Shown: piece after piece, positions 9,329 through 19,914 of the stretch
Layout: the number at the start of each line of letters is the position of its first letter
Numbering within the stretch: the stretch's first letter is position 1
Origin: Calditrichia bacterium
GTDB taxonomy: Bacteria > Calditrichota > Calditrichia > JAJRVZ01
DNA length: 64,000 nt
Assembly (NCBI GenBank): GCA_963777955.1
Contig: CAVZSQ010000015.1
Coordinates: 32,001-96,000, forward strand
Direction of reading: 5' to 3'
Made by a program: the position numbers and the translations under genes
Notes under the pieces: generated by a model
What the model was told of the DNA's origin: nothing
What the model saw: the letters and a program-made list of their open reading frames with translations, nothing else
Databases searched by the model: none

Positions 9329-11441
9329 ATGAGCGATTCCTCCTTAATAAATATTGCTGTAATCACCAACCATAATAAGCGTTTTACAGAATTAAAATCA
9401 AAAATACACAAAACGCGGGCCCTGCTGAGATCGCTGACTTTTAATGAAGTATATCTGGATCGCCTGGGGCCGGGACCTTTCGATATCCTGATCATAGATT
9501 ACCCTTCTTTTACTAACGTGGAGTTAAAGGAAATTTTCAGACTGCGCAATAAGCGCATATACGGCAAAACTCCTTTCCTGTTCATCCTGAATCAGGAGCA
9601 AAGTGCGAATCAACCTGAAATCTATAATGATCCCAACAGCAGTTTCCTGTTTGATCCCTTCACAGACTTTCAACTACTGGTGCAGATTCGCCATCTGGTT
9701 TATTCGAGTCAACTGGAAAAACAGGTATATTCCTATGACGATGTGCTGGAAAGTGAAAAAAAATTGATCCATTACCTCGATACCATCCTGCAAATTCCGG
9801 CGCTCAGTCAATGTCAATCCATTCCGGAATTCTTCTATATCGTCCAGACCCAATTCAGTCCGCGGATGGAATTGACCTTTTCAGTCGAATCCGTCATATT
9901 CCTGGAATATAATCCGGAAGAAGACACGCTGCTGTTGTACCGCTACGGCAGCAAAAAGGAGGAACTGAAGAGTAAAATTTCTTTTTCACTGAATAATTCC
10001 AAAGCCAAGAATGCTTTTTTACATAATCATCCGCTGGTGTTCGAGAACCAAATGCTGCTGGATCCTTTTATTCAGGAACTGGAAGAGGCGGTCGGTTTCT
10101 CGATCAATACTATGATTTTTGCCCCGCTGACACTTTTTCATCAAGCCAAGGGCGGTTTCGCCCTGATTAACAAATTATACCGCAAATCTTTTTCGGAGAA
10201 TGATTTAGCCTCTGGCACTGATTACTGTCCAGAAACTGGTATTCCAACTTGAATCTATCCACCTGCATTCCCTGGATATGCAGAGTTTTGAACAACTGCA
10301 TGATTATAAATTTAAATTAATGGAGAATGCCGCAGAACAGGATATCTACCGGGATATATTTAATTCCATTCATTTCGGTTTCCTGATATTTAACAACCAG
10401 AACAAGATAATCTATATTAACAAATTTGCCATGCAGGCCCTGGATGTACGGTCTGATCAGGATCTGTTTCTTGACAGGATAATCGGAACCGAAGCAGCCG
10501 ATGAGTTAAAAAAGAAAATCAACAGTGAAGAATTACCCTCGTTACGCCAGGAGACGACGGTCACCCTGTTGAATAATAAACCTTTTTATATGGGATATTC
10601 CCTGTACCGGATCTTCGATAAAAACCGGCCCGAGCACTATGCGATGACCTTCCTGGAAATTTCTCATACCAAGAGGTTGCAGGCAGAAATAATCAGAATG
10701 GACCGCATGGCTTCGCTGGGGGTGCTGGCTTCCGGTGTAGCCCACGAGATCAGGAATCCTCTGGCCGGTATTAAAGCCATGGCCCAGACCCTGAAAGAGG
10801 AGTTGGCGGAAAACGATTCCCGTGCTGAATATGCCGAGCGTATTGTACGGCAGGTTAATCGTCTGGACGAATTACTCAAGTCTTTTTTTTCCTACGCCAA
10901 ACCAAAACGCCCGGATCCGGTACGCTGCGGTATCCCGGATATTGTCCATGAAGTATTACCGCTGTTTAATCGCCGTATCAAAGAAAATCAGATTATAGTC
11001 AAGGAAACGTATTCACCGGATTTAAAGGAAGTTTTTGTCGATTTTCATCAGGTCGAACAGGTTATTTTTAATCTATTGGATAATGCCATTGACGCGATGA
11101 AAGACGGCGGTATCCTGACCATTTATGCTCATCTGCCGGAAGATATTCAACCGTTGATCGACCGGCGCCGCCGCAGTCCAAAACTATTCTCCGATATTTT
11201 TAATGAGATCCTTATATCGGATACGGGTACGGGAATGGATACAATTACCCTGAATAGCATTTATAATCCCTTTTTTACCACCAAGCCGACCGGTACCGGT
11301 CTTGGTTTATCCATTGTTTACCAGATTATTCAGGAACACGGTGGACAAATCACCGTAGAGAGTGAAAAGGGCAGGGGCACCACTTTCCGTATTTTATTAC
11401 CCGTATATATTGAAAAAGAAGCAGAACCAACCGGCGCTTGA
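9329..11441 (+). CDS. Sensor histidine kinase (pseudo-receiver/GAF/PAS/HisKA/HATPase); split by +1 frameshift near 10211
   Basis: Removing one base at about 10211 gives ...FSENDLALALITVQKLVFQLESIHLHSLDMQ..., joining the 9329 and 10278 ORFs. Motifs: AHEIRNPL, NLLDNAIDAM, DTGTGM, FFTTK, GTGLGL. Confidence 0.85.
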
Positions 11442-11598
11442 TCCTCGATCCGGAGTTCGTCCCAATAATTTTGAATTAAACATGGAAATTATCTTTTTTC
11501 GCATGTCGAAAGCATGTAAATTTACCGGATAATTATAATCATTTGATTACTGAGATCAAAATTAACATAAAAGTTGAAAATATAACAGGAGGAAAACA

Positions 11599-12668
11599 AT
11601 GATTGATACCATTCGCAAGTATTTAGGTGACAAGGCAAAATTTTACCTTGATCATGTCAGCAAAACAGTGGATAAAGGCATGTTAAGCCTGCCAGGGCCG
11701 GATTTCGTAGACCGGGTCTGGATTAATACTGACCGGCCAGTACCCGTTTTGCGCAATCTGCAGTCATTTTTTAATCACGGCCGTTTAGCCGGAACCGGCT
11801 ATTTGTCAATCCTGCCGGTTGATCAGGGTATAGAACATTCAGCAGGTGCTTCTTTTGCACCTAATCCGATCTATTTTGATCCGCAAAATATAGTAAAGCT
11901 CAGCTGTCGAAGGCGGGTGTAACGCCTGCGCTTCAACTCTGGGTGTACTGGGAGCAGTAGCCAGAAAATATGCTCCGCAGATTCCCTTCATCGTAAAAAT
12001 TAATCATAATGAACTGCTGACGGCACCAAATAAGTTTGACCAGATAATGTTTGCTGACGTTAAACAAGCCGCCGATATGGGAGCAGACTGCCGTTGGCGC
12101 TACCATTTATTTTGGCTCGGATGAATCCAGCCGCCAGATTATCGAGGTGAGCGAAGCATTTCAGTACGCGCACGAATTGGGTCTGGTAACGGTGCTATGG
12201 TGTTACCTGCGTAATTCCTCATTTAAAATTGATGGAAAAGACTATCACGTCTCGGCCGATTTAACCGGGCAGGCCAACCATCTTGGTGTTACTATTGAAG
12301 CAGATCTGGTGAAACAGAAAATGCCGGAGAATAATGGGGGCTACAAAGCGGTAGCTGCAAAATTAGGCAGTTATGGTAAAACCTCGGAGAAAGTTTACAA
12401 AGAATTAACCAGTGATCATCCGATTGATCTGACCCGCTACCAGGTCCTCAATAGTTATATGGGCCGTATTGGTCTGATAAACTCCGGCGGTGCTTCGGGT
12501 GAAAATGACTTCGCCGAAGCGGCTATGACGGCAGTGGTGAATAAACGGGCCGGCGGAATGGGATTGATTTCCGGACGCAAGGCTTTCCAGCGACCGATGC
12601 AAGACGGCATCAAATTGCTTAATCTCATTCAGGATATCTACCTGTGTAAAGAAGTTACGGTGGCCTGA
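11599..12668 (+). CDS. fbaB: Class I fructose-bisphosphate aldolase; two +1 frameshifts (about 11901 and 12086)
   Basis: [20 protein letters not shown], middle frame [24 protein letters not shown]...[15 protein letters not shown] (Schiff-base Lys) and [12 protein letters not shown]. Confidence 0.93.
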
Positions 12669-12686
12669 AGGCTTTGTATTGTGACT

Positions 12687-12754
12687 CATGGATCATCGCA
12701 GATCTGTACCTTTATCGATAGGTTGATTAAGAGTATAGATCTGCGCTGACCATG
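12687..12754. other. Long imperfect hairpin (about 29 bp) between fbaB and the selenoprotein RBS
   Basis: CGCAGATCTGTAC (12697-12709) pairs with GTATAGATCTGCG (12733-12745). The stem extends inward to a TAGG loop and outward via CATGG/CCATG, with two G-U pairs. Confidence 0.7.
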
Positions 12755-12771
12755 GATCAGGAGTGAAAACA

Positions 12772-13002
12772 GTGAAAATTACTATTGAATATTGCCTGGT
12801 TTGAAACTACCAACCCCGTGCTGCCAGTTTGGCAGCTGAGCTAAAGAAAAATTTTTCTCAAAGTACCGTTCATCTGATTAAAAGTTCCGGTGGTGCATTC
12901 GAAATCCGGCAGGACGGAAAAATGATCTTCTCGAAACTTGAGGAAGGCAGATTTCCTGATAATGATGAAATTGTAAAAAAACTTCGGGCAGTGACAGGTT
13001 AA
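12772..13002 (+). CDS. SelT/SelW/SelH (Rdx family) selenoprotein, 76 aa, Sec at TGA 12802-12804
   Basis: AGGAG RBS 8 nt before GTG. Translation: MKITIEYCLV(U)NYQPRAASLAAELKKNFSQSTVHLIKSSGGAFEIRQDGKMIFSKLEEGRFPDNDEIVKKLRAVTG*, with the Rdx motifs IEYCxxU, GxFEI and FSK..GRFP. Confidence 0.92.
12820..12836 (+). promoter_or_regulatory. Bacterial SECIS-like hairpin
   Basis: GCTGCCA-GTT-TGGCAGC starts 15 nt after the in-frame TGA; the apical loop begins with GU. Confidence 0.7.
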
Positions 13003-14870
13003 AACTCGGACGATCGTTTTTCCAGCTGGGCCAGCATCCGCTTGGCTTCCTGATCATTGGGATTAATCGATAGTATTTTTCTGAAGAGGTTAGCGGCTTT
13101 TCCATTGAATCCCTGAGCTGTATAAATTTTGGCCATGGTCAGACTCGCGGGAATATCATTGGGATTAGATTTCAACTTTTTATCCAGTTCGCCCATCACC
13201 AGATCAAGAATATTTATATAGTTATGAATTGGCCCCAATGTGGGATGAGCAACGAAATAGGACGGGTCGATCGAGATGACCGTCTTATACTCAGCCAGAG
13301 CATTCTCTTTATCTTTGCGATCTTCGTACAATTTAGCCAGTTTGATATGTCCCCTGACCAGGTTGGGATCTACCTGCAGAGCCTTTTTATAAAAGATCTG
13401 GGCGCTATCCAGATTGCCCATCTCGTGATAAGTAAGCGCCAGATTAAAAATCGCTTCAATAAAAGTGGGTTTATTGGTGTAAGCTTTACCGAATGAATCG
13501 ACCATCTTTTTATAAACACCGCCCCGTTCCACCTGGGTGCCCTTGGCTTTTTTATCGGCGGCTTGCTGTTTGGCATAATCGGGATCGAACATCTCCAGGA
13601 AGGCTTCGATTAATTCTTCCAGCACGGCTTGCTGATAAACAGTAATGCCCAGCATGAAGTTTGCTTCAGGATCCTTCGGATTTTTTTCCAGCACTTTTTG
13701 AAATTCAGTCAGGGCACTGTAATAGGTCTGCACCCGGTAATAACATTCGCCTAAACGCTGATGGCTATCCCGGTTTTCAGGATCGAGTTCCACTGCTTTT
13801 TTGTAGTGCGGAATACCCAAACGGAAATTTTGCTGCTGAAAATAAATGTTACCCATTTCATAATAAATATCGGCAAAATCCGGATTGATCTCGGCGGCCT
13901 TCTTCAGGTACTTATTGGCGTCATCGTACTGTTTGAGCAGAACACTGATTTTACCCAGATAGTAAAAAGCTCTGAAATCATTGGGATTAAATTCGGTGAC
14001 CTTGACAAAATCCGCTTTGGCTTTTACATAATCTTCCTTACGCCAGTAGATCATACCACGGCCATAGTAGGACTTTTCAAAACTTGGCAGTGAGGTAATG
14101 ATGACATCAAACTGTTTTAAAGCATTATCATAATCCTGGTCGTTAAAATAGGTGATCCCCAGATTATAATAAGCTTCCCAGAATTTGGCATCCTGCTGAA
14201 TGGCCCGGCGGAACAGACCGGTGATAATTTCCAGATGCCGGTTTGTTTTTTCGTTCTCAATATATCCCAGACAGAAACTTTCAAAGGCCGTGATGGAACC
14301 GGTAATCTGCCTGCTTATAATATTTTGTTCAGTTTCGGTAACCTGGATGGTTGTAACCTGGAGGAGATTCTGCGCAATATCGTCGACGATCTGAAATAGT
14401 TCATTGAAATTATTCTGATATTTCTTGGAAAAAATAGTAGCGCCGTTAAAAGCATTCAGAAAACTAAGATTGACCTCGATTGCTTTACCGTTGGTCAGGT
14501 AATTCCCGGTTATACCGAGATTGATACCGGTCGTTTTGCCCACATGATAGACCATTTCGCCGCTGATTGGTTTAGAACCATATCCGGATTCGGTCAGGGC
14601 TCTTCTGATGATGGCCTGGTCAGGTACATATAAGGCTGAGACATTGGATAACTTATTGAACAGGAGATATTCAATTCCGAATCCGATCCAGTCGTATTTT
14701 TTTTGTTTGGTTAAATTTTCAAATGGTAATATTCCGATGCTCCTTTTTTCCTGAGCAAATGAGGAAGATAACAAAATTAGCGAGCATAAAACCATTGAAA
14801 AAATTCGATAAACTGAACGCAAAACTTTTTCCTTCCTTATCTCTATAAATCTATTCAATTTAAAAACCAT
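12999..14870 (-). CDS. Secreted TPR protein with N-terminal TolB-N/CsgG-like domain
   Basis: Signal peptide ending SSSFA-QE, then SIGILPFENL...DWIGFGI, followed by many TPR repeats (AYYNLG, AIFNLAL). The true start is probably downstream of the listed one. Confidence 0.85.
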   Translation of the reverse strand: MVFKLNRFIEIRKEKVLRSVYRIFSMVLCSLILLSSSFAQEKRSIGILPFENLTKQKKYDWIGFGIEYLLFNKLSNVSALYVPDQAIIRRALTESGYGSKPISGEMVYHVGKTTGINLGITGNYLTNGKAIEVNLSFLNAFNGATIFSKKYQNNFNELFQIVDDIAQNLLQVTTIQVTETEQNIISRQITGSITAFESFCLGYIENEKTNRHLEIITGLFRRAIQQDAKFWEAYYNLGITYFNDQDYDNALKQFDVIITSLPSFEKSYYGRGMIYWRKEDYVKAKADFVKVTEFNPNDFRAFYYLGKISVLLKQYDDANKYLKKAAEINPDFADIYYEMGNIYFQQQNFRLGIPHYKKAVELDPENRDSHQRLGECYYRVQTYYSALTEFQKVLEKNPKDPEANFMLGITVYQQAVLEELIEAFLEMFDPDYAKQQAADKKAKGTQVERGGVYKKMVDSFGKAYTNKPTFIEAIFNLALTYHEMGNLDSAQIFYKKALQVDPNLVRGHIKLAKLYEDRKDKENALAEYKTVISIDPSYFVAHPTLGPIHNYINILDLVMGELDKKLKSNPNDIPASLTMAKIYTAQGFNGKAANLFRKILSINPNDQEAKRMLAQLEKRSSEF

Positions 14871-15202
14871 GTACTATGTATTCAAGGTTAATTTATTTCA
14901 TAGTACAAATTATAAATGTTTTCGGCAAAATAATGCAAAACTACACAGGAAACATTACTTTTTGATCAATATTTGACCTGATCATGGCCTGTTCTGATCT
15001 CAACTGGAATTATGGCCGCCGGCAAATATCTATAATATCGGAAAAAATACCCTTTAATTTATTGATATTCTTTGTATAACGATATTTTGGCGAGTGCTTA
15101 TTTCCGGCAGCAGACAGAATTCTTCATTGATTAATGAACCTTTTAGCGGGAACTTCGTTACATGCTTTAACTGTATTATTTGAGAATCGGATTAATTTAT
15201 AA

Positions 15203-15231
15203 TTGACAGTCATACCTTAATATTATAAATT
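15203..15231 (+). promoter_or_regulatory. Putative sigma70 promoter of porU
   Basis: TTGACA-N17-TAAATT; an AAGGAG RBS lies before ATG 15307. Confidence 0.6.
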
Positions 15232-15306
15232 TTAAAAAACATCTTTGAGGGTGAGGCAGTCTGCAAAGTATTTGCTACCGCAAAATTAATAATTAAGGAG
15301 TTCCAG

Positions 15307-18300
15307 ATGCGGCTCGCTATGATCTTTGTAATTGCCTTATTTTCTTTTTCATTCATCCAGTCTTCCTCTGTTCCTGCGCCACTGCAGAAGCAATCCTCCG
15401 GTTTAAGGGTTGAATCCTATAGTGAAAATACTCTTACCCTGGAATGGGACATCCCTGCGCTGAGTTATACAACTGTTGCGGATATGGCCAAGCAGTATGT
15501 TCTGCTGGATTTTTTTGGTTGCAGTTATCCGACCCAGCCGGGGAAACCTCAGCTGCCGTATTATGAATTCGTTTTGGGTATTCCGCCGGGAGCACAAATC
15601 CGCACCTCTCTCAGTGAAACCGCTTATGAGACTGTTTCCGGTATCGTGCCGGTTCCGGTTTCGCTTCCTGGCCGGGACAGTCAGAAAATATCAGTGAATT
15701 CCAGGGAAGTCGATTCGCTTGATTATAATTTTTTGCCGGTTCAGGTTATTGATATTTCCGGACAACAGTTTTTCCGGGATCTGGCTGTCGTGCGGATTAA
15801 ATTCTATCCGCTCCGTTACGAATATGCCACAAAAACTCTGACAGTACTAAACTCCGCAAAATTAAATATCAGTTTTTCGGCGTCTGCCCAGGCGACCAGG
15901 CCAATGACAAACAGTTCAAAACTGGAAAACCTGTATAATGCATTTGTGCTTAATTATGCCCAGGCTAGAAACTGGCTGGTGGATGTGCCACGTTCCCTGG
16001 CTAAATCCGGCCAGGCCGCCGACGGACCCTGGTACCGGATAGAGGCCGGCCAGGAGGGGCTTTATAAAATTAATCGACAAATCCTGTCGTCTGCTGGTAT
16101 CGATGTCGCAGCAATTGATCCCCGTACGATAAAAATTTTCAATCACGGAGGAATGCCCCTTGAGTTGAAAACCGGAGGTACTGCTGCAAGTTCGCTGGGA
16201 CCGGTGGAGAATGCGATCCTGGTTACAGGAGAGGGTGATGGTAGTTTCGATACGGATGATTACATACTGTTTTATGGTAAACCGCTGGGCGGATGGGCTT
16301 ATTCAGCCACAGCGAATGATTTCACCTATCAGCAGCACCCCTATGATACAAAAAACTATTACCTGCTCTCCTATGGCGGCTCAAATGGTAAACGCATGTC
16401 CGTTATTTCACCGCCCCTTGCCCAGCCTGCTGTTACGGATACCTATTTTATGCAACGTGCACATTTTGAGGAGGATAAATACAACCTGCTGTCTTCAGGA
16501 TGCGACTGGTATGGGCAGCGCTTCTACGGATTGACTGGCAATGCTTCTTTCACTTATTCGCTGGATTATCCGCAAACCATGACACAAACAGCAAGAATGC
16601 GTATTAAATTTAAGAGCGGTAATGGTATTAAATATCAGTCCCCGTCTGGTAACTATTACTGGTTTAGCGGATTTTTAAATTCAGGCACCAATCCAACCCC
16701 CTTATTTATAAGCAGCCAGCTGGGCAGCAAGCATAGTATTGAATTATCCCGGACTTTCAATTCGGCGGATTACTTACTGAACGGGAATAATACTCTGACA
16801 GTAGAATACCGGGGTAATCTGAGCGATTGTAATGCTTATCTGGACTGGGTTGAATTTTATTATCCGCATCCACTGCAGGTTAGCAATAATGCCTTAAATT
16901 TTTATACCAATTCCACCGGTCAGTTAGTCGGCTATGAGATTACCGGCTTCACATCGGGTGAAGCGAGTTTGTATGATATCACAGATCCGGTCGATGTTAA
17001 GCTTATGGATAACACTCTCGGTGTGCAAAACGGCAAATTCAGCATTACTCTGGATTTAAGCGAAAATCAACCCAGACATTTTCTTATATCTTCGGCTAAT
17101 TCGACGACGATAAAATCGGTTTCCACTATCACTCCTTTTGAACCAAAACTGAATCTTCTGGATCCGGCTCTGGGCGCTGATTTGATCATTATCACTCATC
17201 CCAGTTTCCAGGCGTATGCTGCGGAAGTTGCCGCTCTGCGCAGTTCAGGGGCGGATCCTTTGCGTTGTGTGGTGGTCGATGTCAATGACATTTATTTTTA
17301 TTTCAGCAGTGGGGTCAAAGATGTTTTGGCAATCCGGAATTTCGTCCGCTATGCGTATTATAACTGGTCTAAACCGGGCCCTCTGTATGTCCTGCTTTAC
17401 GGCGATGGGCACTATGATTATCGCAATATTGCACTGGCTGATACCAATCGCATTCCCCCTTTCGAGATAAGCGATGATTTCGAACTGGAAAGCCGTCCTA
17501 CCGATCAGTTTTATGTGGATGTCAATTACAACGGTAATGATTTCAGTTCGATTGTCCCGGATCTGGCGATCGGACGCTTGCCGGCCGAAAGTACTTTCGA
17601 TGCAAAGCGAATATTAGAAAAAATTCAGGCATATGAAAATTCCAAAGAACGGGACGGCTGGCAAACCGTTTTAACCTTTGTGGCTGATGATGAAGTTTCT
17701 GGTTCCGGATCTTCTACTGAATGGGAACATCAGAAAAATACCGAGTCGTTAGCCTCGCTCAGCAATCTGAATAAATTCATAAAGCAGAAAATCTATCTGT
17801 CCGCTTATCCGTCGGTACCGGGAGGATTCGGACGCGTTAAACCGGCAGCCAATCAGGCGATAATCGACCAGTTGAATGAGGGAACATTATTGATTAATTA
17901 CGTGGGTCACGGTAATCCGGAGACCTGGGCTCACGAGTATGTTTTGTTAATGTCCAGGGACTTATCGCGTATTCAGAATGAGGGACGGTTACCCTTCTGG
18001 ATTGCGGCCACCTGTGATTTCGGTAAGTACGATGATCCCGCAGAACCCAGTTTTTCCGAGGCTCTGGTGTGGGAACAGAACAGGGGGGCGATCGCTGTTT
18101 TATCTTCAGCGCGCCTGGTGTTCTCGGGGGATAATTATGCTTATAACCGCAGGTTCTTAATTAATTTATTTCCGACTGGACAACCAAGCGCACGGTTAGG
18201 GGATGCATTATTGTTATCTACCGGAGGAAGCAGCAACGATCAGAAGTATCATCTGTTCGGTGATCCCTCTATGCACCTGGCCGATCCACGAAACCTGGCC

Positions 18301-19333
18301 CGAATAGATTCGGTCACTCCTGATACCTTAAAAGCACTGAGTAAAGTCAGGGTTGATGGTTCGATTACCAGTTCGGGTGCCCTGCCCTTGACCGATTTCA
18401 ATGGGGGCGCTTATCTGGTGGTCAATGATGCCCGCTTCGACTCGGTCACTACCGGAGGGAATCATTATTATACCCTGATAGGCCCGCGTATATTCAAAGG
18501 GGAGATTAGTGTCACTAATGGTTTATTCAGGGGCGAATTTATTGTCCCAAAATCAATCCGTTACAAAAATCGACCTACGGGCAGAATTACACTCTATGCC
18601 TGGAGCGAGGACGATAATATCAATGAAGCGATCGGTTATACCGATAATTTGTTATTTAATGGAACGGTACAGAATCTGAGTGATAATAAGGGTCCGGAGA
18701 TTACCTTGTACTTTAAGAGACCAGGAAAATTTTAACAGTGGGGATCTGGTCTCAAAAAATCCGGTGCTTATGGCTGAACTGGATGACGAGAGTGGAATCA
18801 ACCTGACCCGGGAGGTAGGGCATACCATTGAAATCAAGATTGATGATAATCCATTCAAGGATATAACTTCTTTCTTCGCCTACCAGAGAGATAGTTATTC
18901 ACGGGGCCATCTTAACTATCATATGGAGAACTTGGAGAGCGGCGAGCATCAACTGCTTTTACAGGTCTGGGACAATATTAACAATCCGTCTACTGCGGAA
19001 ATCGCCTTTAAAGTTGCCGCCTCAGGCGACGTGGTTCTGACCGATGTCTACAATTATCCAAATCCATTTCAAACAGAGACCAATTTTACTTTCCAGGCTC
19101 AGGGACTTGCTCCCGATGCCGAAATTCAGATTCGGGTCTATACTATCAGCGGCCGTTTGATCAAAAAAATCGATAATCTGCCCAGACCCCAGCCCGGATT
19201 CAATTATTATCCCTGGGATGGACGCGATGAAGACGGTGACCGTCTGGCCAATGGCGTATATCTCTATAAAATTATCATGAAAAACGCCGGGAAACAGAAA
19301 GAGATCATCGAAAAATTGATGATCCTGCGCTAG
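15307..19333 (+). CDS. porU: Type IX secretion sortase PorU (peptidase C25) with C-terminal sorting domain; +1 frameshift near 18717
   Basis: Propeptide-like N-terminus, YVLLYGDGHYDY, DLAIGRLP, catalytic NYVGHG and ATCDFG, LFGDPS. After the frameshift: DESGINL...GH and YNYPNPF...WDGRD...NGVYLYKI. Confidence 0.9.
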
Positions 19334-19352
19334 CCATGCCCGGAAAATAGAC

Positions 19353-19381
19353 TTGATTTTGGTTTGATAGAATTATAAATT
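19353..19381 (+). promoter_or_regulatory. Putative sigma70 promoter of the tRNA cluster
   Basis: TTGATT-N17-TAAATT, ending 14 nt before tRNA-Gln. Confidence 0.55.
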
Positions 19382-19395
19382 TCTATGCTTTGTCT

Positions 19396-19466
19396 TGCGG
19401 GATGGTCTAGTGGCAAGACGCCTGGTTCTGGCCCAGGTAACCGGGGTTCGAATCCCTGTCCCGCAG
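19396..19466 (+). tRNA. tRNA-Gln (CTG)
   Basis: Acceptor stem TGCGGGA/TCCCGCA, anticodon arm CCTGG-TT CTG GC-CCAGG, T-loop GTTCGAATC. CCA is not encoded. Confidence 0.95.
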
Positions 19467-19475
19467 CATAAAAAT

Positions 19476-19552
19476 GCGCCCGTAGCTCAACTGGATAGAG
19501 CGTTTGGCTACGGACCAAAAGGTTGGGGGTTCGACTCCTCCCGGGCGTACCA
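19476..19552 (+). tRNA. tRNA-Arg (ACG)
   Basis: Acceptor stem GCGCCCG/CGGGCGT, anticodon arm TTTGG-CT ACG GA-CCAAA, T-loop GTTCGACTC, encoded CCA. Confidence 0.96.
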
Positions 19553-19557
19553 CCGAG

Positions 19558-19643
19558 AAAGATTGAAGATTAAAGATCAAAGATTAAAGAATATTAATTT
19601 ACACGCCTTTATATGCGACTTATTTCTTTAATCTTTAATCTTT
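19558..19643. repeat. Heptamer tandem repeats in inverted arrangement within the tRNA spacer
   Basis: AAAGATT-like unit x5 (19558-19592) faces AATCTTT-like unit x3 (19623-19643). Confidence 0.75.
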
Positions 19644-19654
19644 TTTTTAATTTT

Positions 19655-19727
19655 GGCGCGTTCGTCTAGGGGTTTAGGACGCTGGCCTCTCACGTCGGCA
19701 ACACGGGTTCGAATCCCGTACGCGCTA
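19655..19727 (+). tRNA. tRNA-Glu (CTC)
   Basis: Acceptor stem GGCGCGT/ACGCGCT, anticodon loop CT CTC AC, T-arm GGGTTCGAATCCC. CCA is not encoded. Confidence 0.94.
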
Positions 19728-19914
19728 CTCAAAGGCATGTTAACTCCTGCAAAAATTCACCAGAACAATCTCCATTTATAAATTCCATTCATCAGGATTT
19801 TCCATCGGTTTCCGGAAAAATTTTCTACAGAACAGTAAGTAAAATGCCGAGAATATGATATAATTATATAATAACTAAACAAAGAAAAAATAACCACTTT
19901 CGGAACGTGCAAAT

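Noticed and set aside
11880..12100. Programmed frameshifting in fbaB and other split genes
   Set aside because: No slippery heptamers or shared context; the window-wide excess of single insertions points to sequencing error.
19330..19631. ORFs 19330-19518 (-) and 19395-19631 (+)
   Set aside because: They are translations of the tRNA genes and the heptamer spacer.
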